Of a stretch of 64,000 bases of DNA, positions 56,214-64,000 are shown piece after piece. Under the pieces are notes generated by a model. It was not told where the DNA came from. It worked only from the letters and a program-made list of their open reading frames with translations, and did not search any database. Origin of the DNA: Candidatus Omnitrophota bacterium (GTDB taxonomy: Bacteria; Omnitrophota; Omnitrophia; Omnitrophales; Aquincolibacteriaceae); contig JAUYMS010000027.1 of assembly GCA_030698625.1 (NCBI GenBank), positions 39,781 through 103,780 on the forward strand, read 5' to 3'. The position numbers were made by a program, and so were the translations under genes. Within the stretch, counting starts at the first letter, position 1; each line of letters opens with the position of its first letter.

Positions 56214-59030
56214 TTAGCCGGCTTGCGGCACTTGGGGCTGAGCAGCGCCGTGGGCTTCTTCGGCATTAAAGAGCCATAGATAATCGCGAATCGCTTCAGA
56301 TTGACGAAGTGCGTCACCCCCGAGAATCTCCGGCATGGGCGATTGCCCATCATAGAAGAAGGTCGGCATCATTGTTCCCTCCTGCAGGGCTTGAGGGTCC
56401 ATCAACCACTCGACAACCCAGTCGGGTCGCAGACGGGACTTTGTCATTACCAGATCGGGCGCCAGAAATGATGCTGACAGCCCGGGCTCAGGATTTGACT
56501 TATGGCACTTGATACACTGGAAAGCTTTGAAAAGCTTTTTCCCGGCTTCTATGTTTTCGGCTGTTGGTTTCGGCGTATCGTCCTTATACGAAATCGGTAC
56601 CTCCGAAAGATTTTCAAAATACCGTACGATATGCGTGAGCGACTCTTCGTCAAATTCGAAAGTCGGCATCCGGTAACTCAGCCATGGGCGGATCGTTACC
56701 GGCTTCTCGAGAAAGTCATAAAGCCAGCCGCCGTCAACTTTCTTGCCTTCGCCGGTAAGAAGCGGCGGGGCGTTACCGGCATCGTCAAACACTTTTCGCA
56801 CTTTGCCTTCTTGGCCGTCGAGAGTGTGACATCCCTGGCAATTAAATTTTGCGACTAAATACCGCCCTCGCTCGATCTCCTGCTCCCTGAGGTCAAGCTG
56901 TTTCGACATCTCCAGCGGAATATCCTCCTTCTGCAAACTCAAGAGAAAGGTCGTCAGTCGCTCCGCTTGGTCGTCATTAAAACCGAAATCCGGCATACGA
57001 AGTTTCTCGTGATAAACCTTTTCTTTGCCGCGATCGAAAATCCTCGGCTCCTTAAGCTTCTGATAAAACCAGGCCTGGCGTGTGTGGTCCAGGTGAATGA
57101 GCCCAAAATCAAGTTTGTGGACGTCCTTTGACCCTTCGTCGGTCAACTCAGTGCCGATCGGTTTTGTATCCTCAAAACCGTGGATCGTATGACACCCGAA
57201 ACAACCCTGGTGGACAATGGTCTTTTCGCCTATAAATTCCAAGCGCTCTTGGGCACTCATGGCATTGAGTTTAGCCTGCGCATCATCGTAGCGCAGCCGG
57301 CCCTTGAGAAACATCATTGCCAGTCCATCTACCACTTCAGACTTAACAATCGGCAAACGGATACTCTCGAATTTTTCGTTACGATCTTCCAGAAGATAGG
57401 CCGTGATGTGCGCGGCCTCTTCATTACTCAACCGCATGTTGGGCATGCGGGTTTCGGACGAGTAATGTTTCGGATCTTTGAGCCAGGCATAGAGCCATTC
57501 AGGAGTCACTTTACTCCCCAACCCCGTCAGCTCCGGGCCGAAGTTGTTGGCATCAACTCCGGCTGCCGTGTGGCACCCAAGACAACCTACTTCCTTGACG
57601 AGGGCTTCTCCGGCTTCCGGGTTCCCCTTAGTCGGCAAGCTCCCCAGCGCGATCGGATCGGAATTTTTCATCAGGTATGCTGCGATACCTGCGATGGAGG
57701 CGTCGCTCTTCTCCGCACTTTTCACATCCGATGTGTTTTCCAGGTGAAAAATGCGCGGCATCTTAGTAGAAGCCCTGAATTCTTTCGGATTCATCAGCCA
57801 GCGGATAATCCAGTCCGGCTCAAGCTTACTCTGTACATGCTCCAGACTCGGGCCTACTTTCCACTGCTTCTCAAATCCCTCAATCTTGTGGCAGCCCGCA
57901 CAACCATAAGTACGAGCCAAACGCCTTCCCTCGGCAAGCTTCGGGGCTTGAGGGACATCGACGACTCCGCCGTGGCACTTTGTGCAGGATGCCTCCGTGT
58001 AACTCAAAGGCAACATCTTGCTAATCGCATGCGTCATCTCGCGCCATCCGTAGTCCTTCTTCCACTCTGCGGCCTGCTCATCGGATTGAGGGGTGTGCGC
58101 CGCTGTTGTAAAAGAAACCGACTGTCCGCTCCCTCCGTGACACGTCGTACACCCGAAAGTCTCTGCCGGATGCGGCGAGTTCGCGGAAAGAAACAACTCC
58201 AAACGCGGATGAGTCTGAAAGGGTTTCGGGGCATCCTCAAATCCGGTCTGATCGATACCCAAGTGACAGGTCGTGCATCGATCCACCTTGTTCGATTTCT
58301 TAAAAAAGTAATCGTCATAAAGGTTTTCCAAGACAATCTGCTGGATTTGCAGAGTGGGCTTCATGAAATCAAGCATGGGCGCATTCAAAATGGCCGTTGC
58401 CACGTTCGGGGATAATTTCTTAACTGTGGACTCCAGGCGAGTAATCGATTCGGTCAGCTGCTGTATCTGGCGCGTTAGTTCACGCGCCTTCTGTGTAATC
58501 TCGTTTATGCTCTCCTTTCTGGCGTCGTCCTCTGCCTGCAACCCTTCCAGGTCTCTCTTCAAAGAGTCGATGACCGGGGCGCGTTCTTCCATGCGCTTAG
58601 CAAATTCGGCGGCTTGCTCATCTTCATGATGCAGACGATGCTCCTCGAGGAAATAACGGTCTGAGTCCTGAAACTGCTTTTCATTCTGATACCGCATGGT
58701 CGTCTGAGTAATCTTGATGGCCAGGGCAGCCGTTTCCTTTTCAAGCTCACGAACCTTGCTCTTCTGCTCGTTGGCAGACATGTGCGCTTCTACCAGCTGC
58801 GCTTCAAGCGCCGCTAGCTTTTTCTGGTCCACGGCCTTTCGAGCCTTCTGAAGTTCTCCCTCGGCCTTTTCCCGACTGTAAGTGACGAACTCCTTCTGCC
58901 AGTGCTTCCACTCACGCGTGCTGTCCTCGAGCACCATGGCTACCAGTGAGATCAACAGAACGAGGGAGGAAATGGCAAACCAGACCGTTGTTTTCTTAAG
59001 ATCATAGAGACTAGGGGATTTTCCGGGCAT
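56214..59030 (-). CDS. Membrane-anchored octaheme cytochrome c with coiled-coil stalk
   Basis: Eight CxxCH motifs (CTTCH twice, CTKCH, CAGCH, CLGCH, CFGCH, CQGCH, CIKCH). N-terminal TM and long coiled coil. Confidence 0.9.
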   Translation of the reverse strand: MPGKSPSLYDLKKTTVWFAISSLVLLISLVAMVLEDSTREWKHWQKEFVTYSREKAEGELQKARKAVDQKKLAALEAQLVEAHMSANEQKSKVRELEKETAALAIKITQTTMRYQNEKQFQDSDRYFLEEHRLHHEDEQAAEFAKRMEERAPVIDSLKRDLEGLQAEDDARKESINEITQKARELTRQIQQLTESITRLESTVKKLSPNVATAILNAPMLDFMKPTLQIQQIVLENLYDDYFFKKSNKVDRCTTCHLGIDQTGFEDAPKPFQTHPRLELFLSANSPHPAETFGCTTCHGGSGQSVSFTTAAHTPQSDEQAAEWKKDYGWREMTHAISKMLPLSYTEASCTKCHGGVVDVPQAPKLAEGRRLARTYGCAGCHKIEGFEKQWKVGPSLEHVQSKLEPDWIIRWLMNPKEFRASTKMPRIFHLENTSDVKSAEKSDASIAGIAAYLMKNSDPIALGSLPTKGNPEAGEALVKEVGCLGCHTAAGVDANNFGPELTGLGSKVTPEWLYAWLKDPKHYSSETRMPNMRLSNEEAAHITAYLLEDRNEKFESIRLPIVKSEVVDGLAMMFLKGRLRYDDAQAKLNAMSAQERLEFIGEKTIVHQGCFGCHTIHGFEDTKPIGTELTDEGSKDVHKLDFGLIHLDHTRQAWFYQKLKEPRIFDRGKEKVYHEKLRMPDFGFNDDQAERLTTFLLSLQKEDIPLEMSKQLDLREQEIERGRYLVAKFNCQGCHTLDGQEGKVRKVFDDAGNAPPLLTGEGKKVDGGWLYDFLEKPVTIRPWLSYRMPTFEFDEESLTHIVRYFENLSEVPISYKDDTPKPTAENIEAGKKLFKAFQCIKCHKSNPEPGLSASFLAPDLVMTKSRLRPDWVVEWLMDPQALQEGTMMPTFFYDGQSPMPEILGGDALRQSEAIRDYLWLFNAEEAHGAAQPQVPQAG

Positions 59031-59038
59031 AGTTTGAG

Positions 59039-60121
59039 CTAGATGTTAAAGAAAAATTCCGGGATGGCCACGATGTACTTGAGATTGAATCCCCAACGCA
59101 AAAACATCTTGATTGGCAACGCCAACATCATCAGCATCAGAATGATAAAGACTCCATAGCGTTCCGGCCCAACCTTTTCGTAAATTTTCTTGCACACAGT
59201 CTTCGCCATAAGGACCGGGGGCACCGCGAAATAAAAAAGGACAATGAGAATCCCCGGGGCCTCTCGCAGAAACCAGTTCGATGGGAGCCCCTGACTGAGC
59301 CACTTGATGAATATGATTTCAGACAGGTTGATGTTTACAAGCGGCACGACCTTATGAACATCCCATACTTCGAAAGGCCCAAAGAAATTCCAGTTCGGGC
59401 CTCTGAGGAATGTCCCGACAATGATCAGGAGAATCCAGAGAATCCAGAAGCCGAACATGAAGAACATGATCGGCATCTTGCGCGCGGCGTAGGAATAGAA
59501 GCCCGAGGTCTTGGTATCGCGATCGATATACGGAAGGGCGCATAGCCCCAGAATAATGAAGGTGGGCAGGAGCACGCCGGCAATCCACGGATCAAAGTAG
59601 ACAAGCATTTCCTGAAGGCCCAGAAAGTACCAGGGGGCTTTGGAAGGATTCGGTGAAATCGTGGGATTAGCCGGCTCTTCGAGCGGGGCCTTTAAGAAAA
59701 TCGACCACAGGACCAGGCCGATCGAGCAGAAAAGCGCCACCACGAACTCGATATAAATGAGATAGGGAAAAACCATGACCTTTTCATCGGCTTCGGTCTT
59801 TTCCCACGGCGGCTCGCCTTTGGCAATTCTCTCATCATTGTCGACGGCTTTTTTCATCGCAAACCACGTGAAGTAGCCGAAGATAAACAGCATAGCAACG
59901 ATCGGCACGTTGTCCGGCTTAGTCACAATTCCCCGAAAATGTTCGTCGGTAAGGCCAAAAGCAAAAAAAGCGAGAAACAAAACGGCGAAAACCGCAGACA
60001 CCCACCTCGTAGTGCACTGCTTGGGGAAGGTCATAAAAACGGCAAAAACGAGGATGGAACCCACAAAGATGCTCACCGGCGATGCAAAGGCGTCAATTGC
60101 CGCCTTGATTGCCTCACCCAT
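59039..60121 (-). CDS. Cytochrome b subunit IV-like protein (extended)
   Basis: APLEEPANP...NPSKAPWYFLGLQE, LPYID, LRGPNWNF. Confidence 0.85.
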   Translation of the reverse strand: MGEAIKAAIDAFASPVSIFVGSILVFAVFMTFPKQCTTRWVSAVFAVLFLAFFAFGLTDEHFRGIVTKPDNVPIVAMLFIFGYFTWFAMKKAVDNDERIAKGEPPWEKTEADEKVMVFPYLIYIEFVVALFCSIGLVLWSIFLKAPLEEPANPTISPNPSKAPWYFLGLQEMLVYFDPWIAGVLLPTFIILGLCALPYIDRDTKTSGFYSYAARKMPIMFFMFGFWILWILLIIVGTFLRGPNWNFFGPFEVWDVHKVVPLVNINLSEIIFIKWLSQGLPSNWFLREAPGILIVLFYFAVPPVLMAKTVCKKIYEKVGPERYGVFIILMLMMLALPIKMFLRWGFNLKYIVAIPEFFFNI

Positions 60122-60142
60122 TACGATAATTCCCCGGATCTC

Positions 60143-60994
60143 TTACAACGGAGCACTGATTCCCCCGTCTTTTCGAATGCGCCAAAAATGAACAGCCATT
60201 AAGATCACTGCTGCCACGGGAATGGCAACACAGTGCAAAATATAAAACCTCAGAAGCGCGGCTTCCCCCACAAAACGACCGCCGAGAAGAGCAAAACGGA
60301 CATCACTACCGGAATGAATTAATTGGATATCACCCAGGGCCAAAAGCGCAGCACCCGGCCCCTCGTGCCCCAGAAAAGGTGTGGCGCGCGCCATGTTGGT
60401 ACCGACGGTAATGGCCCAAATCGCCAATTGGTCCCACGGAAGCAAATATCCCGTAAAACTCAAGAGCAAGGTCAAGACCAGCAGAATGACACCGATCACC
60501 CAGTTGAATTCCCTGGGCGGCTTGTAGGAGCCGGTCATGAAAACGCGAAACATATGTAACCATACCGTGATTATCATGGCGTGGGCCCCCCAGCGGTGGA
60601 GTTCCCGCATGATTCCGAACGGCACATGCTCTCTTAACGCAATGATGTCGTTATACGCGTATTCAACCGTCGGCCGGTAATAGAACATCAACATAATGCC
60701 GCTGACGACCAAGGTCAGGAAAATAAAGAACGTCAGCCCGCCCGCACACCACGTAAATCCGAACCGGGCCCCTGATTTGCGAACTCTTACGGGATGGAGG
60801 TGGAAAAAGACATTCGTCAAAACCGTCATAGCCCGGTCTTTTTCATCATCGGAATACCCATGACGAAACATGGATTTTCCTACCTGAGTCTTTAAACGAA
60901 AATCCTTCCAGCTGAATTTCGGGAGTTTGATCCGCGAAAGAAAATTCAGCGATGATTTCTTTTTCGGTTCTTCTTTGTCCTGATTCTCACCCAT
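60143..60994 (-). CDS. Cytochrome b6-like subunit
   Basis: WCAGG (heme ci Cys), [34 protein letters not shown]. Confidence 0.93.
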   Translation of the reverse strand: MGENQDKEEPKKKSSLNFLSRIKLPKFSWKDFRLKTQVGKSMFRHGYSDDEKDRAMTVLTNVFFHLHPVRVRKSGARFGFTWCAGGLTFFIFLTLVVSGIMLMFYYRPTVEYAYNDIIALREHVPFGIMRELHRWGAHAMIITVWLHMFRVFMTGSYKPPREFNWVIGVILLVLTLLLSFTGYLLPWDQLAIWAITVGTNMARATPFLGHEGPGAALLALGDIQLIHSGSDVRFALLGGRFVGEAALLRFYILHCVAIPVAAVILMAVHFWRIRKDGGISAPL

Positions 60995-61016
60995 GCTCTA
61001 AAAACTCCCTTACGGA

Positions 61017-61574
61017 TTACAGATACAAGAAACTATCGGGTTGATTCCATTCGCCCTTCTCTTGCTGAAACTTCCTACTCTTATCGACAATGATATTGCC
61101 GTCCTCGCCGAGACGAATCGCATAACGCTCAAGCGGACGCGGGGCAGGACCTTCAAAATTAATCCCGCTTGCGTAAAAGCCGCTGCCATGACAAGGGCAC
61201 TTGAATTTCTGCTCGCTCTCCATCCAGCTCGGAGTACATCCGAGGTGCGTACAAACCGTTGAAAGCGCATACATGCCCTCGGGTTCTCGCACTAGCCAAA
61301 CTGCGTATTTTTCCTTCCAGCGCAAATCGACTTTTCCGATGTCATAATCGTCGGGCTTGCCCGCGTTAAAAATGGGGTTTGGTTCGAAAAGGACATTGGG
61401 GAACATGAATCTCAGGCAGGTCGAAAGGGCCGCAAGCGTCGCCGCGGCAAAACCTGTCCAAGCAAACCCTAACCAGGTAAAAAGAAAATGACGGCGGGCT
61501 ACAGAGACCGGGGGCTGGGTCTTTGGCGCAGACGCGGGCGGCGAACTTGGCGGCTTAGGTTGCTCTTCACTCAT
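61017..61574 (-). CDS. Rieske 2Fe-2S subunit
   Basis: Tat-like RRHFL, CTHLGC, CPCHGS, GPAPRPL. Confidence 0.95.
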   Translation of the reverse strand: MSEEQPKPPSSPPASAPKTQPPVSVARRHFLFTWLGFAWTGFAAATLAALSTCLRFMFPNVLFEPNPIFNAGKPDDYDIGKVDLRWKEKYAVWLVREPEGMYALSTVCTHLGCTPSWMESEQKFKCPCHGSGFYASGINFEGPAPRPLERYAIRLGEDGNIIVDKSRKFQQEKGEWNQPDSFLYL

Positions 61575-61579
61575 TAAAT

Positions 61580-62446
61580 CTATTCCGTTTCTGCTGATGC
61601 CAGTGCTTCAAGTGCTACTTTACGTACCTTAAGGCTTATGTCTTCTGCTGCTATCTTCTTCAAGATCGGCAGAGACTCTTTATGGTTGAGCAACGCCAAT
61701 CCCTTCACGGCATTGATCATGATCTGCTCAATTTTGCCCTCCTCGAGCCCTTCGTAATGCGCCAGAGTTTCACGATCCAACATCTTAACCATGACATCAT
61801 AGCCGGCGTCATTACCCAGTCTCGCGAGACTGAGCGCCGCATTCCACCGAATGTCACGAGCCTCGTGATTTAAAAGCCGGCTTAACGGCTGCACACCCCG
61901 TGAGTCTCCCAAAACACCTAGGACGTATATCGCCATATTCCGAATATCTTCTTCATCCCGATCCAGATACGGCAGTATGTCCGGAACAGCTTCCCTCACC
62001 TGCTTCTGGCCCAATGCCCAAAGCGAGTAAAGCTCCACTTCAGCCTCGGTTTCAACTCTAAGCGTCGCGCGAAGCGCTTCGGTTGCCTCCGGCTCATCAA
62101 AACGAGTTAGGGCAACCGCCATATAAGAACGCGTCTTGGCGTCATACTCCTCGTGACCATTCAAAATATGAATGATCTCGTTCATCACGCCGGACGAACG
62201 AATCAGGCCACGGCCTTGGTTGAGCTCATTTGAGAGCTCAAAAGCCTTTTGCCAACGCTTACTCGGCGCCCCCGTCTTTATCGCCGTAATAAGTGACTCG
62301 GGGGTCTCTGCTTCACGCGTAAGTAACACGACGGTACACAACAATACCGCCATCCCCACTGCGATCATCAGGGGAAAAATAAAGAGCCCAAAAAATAATT
62401 TCCTGCCGGAACTGCTTATGGGTTCGGAATTTATCACGTTTTCCAT
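61580..62446 (-). CDS. Membrane-anchored HEAT-repeat protein
   Basis: N-terminal TM, then repeated A..L...L..E...IR..A..ALG units. Confidence 0.8.
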   Translation of the reverse strand: MENVINSEPISSSGRKLFFGLFIFPLMIAVGMAVLLCTVVLLTREAETPESLITAIKTGAPSKRWQKAFELSNELNQGRGLIRSSGVMNEIIHILNGHEEYDAKTRSYMAVALTRFDEPEATEALRATLRVETEAEVELYSLWALGQKQVREAVPDILPYLDRDEEDIRNMAIYVLGVLGDSRGVQPLSRLLNHEARDIRWNAALSLARLGNDAGYDVMVKMLDRETLAHYEGLEEGKIEQIMINAVKGLALLNHKESLPILKKIAAEDISLKVRKVALEALASAETE

Positions 62447-62459
62447 GGCTTATCAATCG

Positions 62460-64000
62460 TCAATTGGCCGACCGTCTCCGAAACGCGTAAACCATCCATC
62501 CTAAGAGCGCTAGATCGACGGCAACTCCGCTCAAGACATACGTAAGACCGCCGCCGCCAAAACCATAACTATGAAGCCCGGCCCCCAAAACAAAGTTGAC
62601 CCCGTACCAAGCCATTAATATACCCAAAAAGGCAACGACCGACCCGACAGCAACACCGAAAGAGCTCAACCACCCGGCCATGCGGCCGTGCAGCACGGCC
62701 AGATACCCGAGTAATGCGATCAGCGCCCAGGTTTCTTTGGGGTCCCACCCCCAGAAACGGCCCCACGAATAATTTGCCCACACGCCACCGAGCACCGTGC
62801 CGCATGCAAGCAGAATAACCCCAATCTGCAAACTGCGGTAAAGATACTGAAAGAGCCGCTGCCTTGTCTGCGCGTTATCCGGACCAAACGCATACTGATA
62901 AACAATACCGTGCCCCAACCCCCATGCCAGCATAAAGGCCCCGTAACTGAGTGTGATGGTCAGGACGTGTACGGTCAACCACAGATTACTGCGAAGTACC
63001 GGCACAAGCGGCGACATAGCGGGGTTCAAGGCTACCGGAAACTTCTCTGCGAGTACTAATGCGAGCGCGGCAACAATCGCGGCCGTTAATCGAATATAGG
63101 GCGCCCGATAGACGGCAAACAAGATGACGGAGAAGAGGACGACGCCCCACGAAACCCATATCATGGATTCGTACATGTTGGTCACGGGAGGACGACCCGA
63201 AATCACAACCCGCAGATAAAAACCGTAGGCATGCGCGACAAACCCCGCGATGAAACACAGGAAGCCCAGGGCGCTGATCGCACGCTGCAATTTGCCCGGC
63301 TCGCCGCCGATAAGTAGAAGCGTCCACGCTATGAGAACACTAACCAGATATAGTTTCCAAGCCCAGTGAAAGGGTTGAAAGCGATTATACAGGATTTCCG
63401 TGCTGTTCACTTTCTCATCCAACATAACCGACGCCGATGAGAACAGAGAGCGCAGGACTTCACGCAAGCGCACCGTGAGTTCCAGCGGCGGCCCCTGCCC
63501 AGAATTTTCTTTAAAACTGTCCAGGATATCGCGAACCGTGATTTGATATTCCGTTAAGAGCTGCCCGGAATAATGGCTGGCCAGGTCACCGCGCCCCTGC
63601 TCCACGGCGAAAGCGGTGAGGGGAAACCAGCCCTTGCGGGGATCATCGGGCTGCGCGATCCAACCAGGTAGGGCTCCGTGGCCGATGCCGCGAAAGAAAG
63701 CAGCCTTCTCATAAAGCGCAACTCTCTTTTTTTCGACCTCCGAAAGTTCTTCTTTGAGTTCCTGTCGGTTAAAACTCTCCTGCACTTGATCGAGAAAGGG
63801 TTGGTGGCTGAGCAGGATTTCGGGGGTAATACGATTGCGGACCATCATGAGGGAAAACTCTTCCCGCAACCCTTTATGCGTGACGGGAATCATGGCCCGG
63901 CGGAACCATTTTTCGGGATCTGCCATCCATTGCCAAACTAGACTCGTCGGCGACTGCCCGTCATAAACGTGTTTACCCGTAACATACAGCACCGCCTCGC
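62460..64000 (-). CDS. ccsA: System II cytochrome c biogenesis protein (CcsA/CcsBA), 5' end outside the window
   Basis: RPPVTNMYES, PVLRSNLWLTVHV, WANYSWGRFWGWDPKETW (WWD domain), GLHSY. Confidence 0.92.
   Translation of the reverse strand, partial: EAVLYVTGKHVYDGQSPTSLVWQWMADPEKWFRRAMIPVTHKGLREEFSLMMVRNRITPEILLSHQPFLDQVQESFNRQELKEELSEVEKKRVALYEKAAFFRGIGHGALPGWIAQPDDPRKGWFPLTAFAVEQGRGDLASHYSGQLLTEYQITVRDILDSFKENSGQGPPLELTVRLREVLRSLFSSASVMLDEKVNSTEILYNRFQPFHWAWKLYLVSVLIAWTLLLIGGEPGKLQRAISALGFLCFIAGFVAHAYGFYLRVVISGRPPVTNMYESMIWVSWGVVLFSVILFAVYRAPYIRLTAAIVAALALVLAEKFPVALNPAMSPLVPVLRSNLWLTVHVLTITLSYGAFMLAWGLGHGIVYQYAFGPDNAQTRQRLFQYLYRSLQIGVILLACGTVLGGVWANYSWGRFWGWDPKETWALIALLGYLAVLHGRMAGWLSSFGVAVGSVVAFLGILMAWYGVNFVLGAGLHSYGFGGGGLTYVLSGVAVDLALLGWMVYAFRRRSAN

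Noticed and set aside
57180-58415. 411-aa plus-strand ORF
   Set aside because: Fully antisense to the octaheme cytochrome, with no motifs. Treated as a shadow ORF.
1-64000. CRISPR arrays, tRNA and rRNA genes
   Set aside because: No regularly spaced repeats, cloverleafs or rRNA signatures seen, and the intergenic gaps are short.

Overview
A bacterial chromosomal region, mostly on the minus strand, probably from a diderm PVC-type organism such as Omnitrophota. That placement is an inference from the Planctomycete-like Rieske/cytochrome b/octaheme cluster, the Ntt translocase and the gene order. Left to right: (1) a pseudo-receiver protein, a stand-alone MshEN protein and a cysM-mec-methyltransferase unit; (2) an Npt/Tlc ATP/ADP translocase-HEAT fusion, an Omp85 barrel apparently without POTRA domains and a signal-peptide-bearing kinase-fold protein; (3) housekeeping genes (polA, coaE, rho, rpmE, prfA, prmC, murA, rpsP, trmD, rplS, rnhB, yraN); (4) pilT and a cofactor-stripped rnfC/D/(G)/E/A-like operon, split by a 7.2-kb plus-strand island encoding a PilZ-fused N-acyl amino acid synthase, a nitroreductase, ThiF, LolA/LolCDE-like export proteins and an outer-membrane barrel; (5) a sulfur/biotin superoperon (cysC-cysH-cysK-thrC-like-moaD-NIL-bioB-fabG-fabF-bioF-GGDEF-bioA-bioD-mnmA-larE); (6) heme O/A synthesis genes and amtB-glnK; (7) a cytochrome bc-type complex with a cytochrome c biogenesis gene. 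No rRNA, tRNA, CRISPR array or transposase was recognised. All calls come from motif recognition by eye; no database searches were run.
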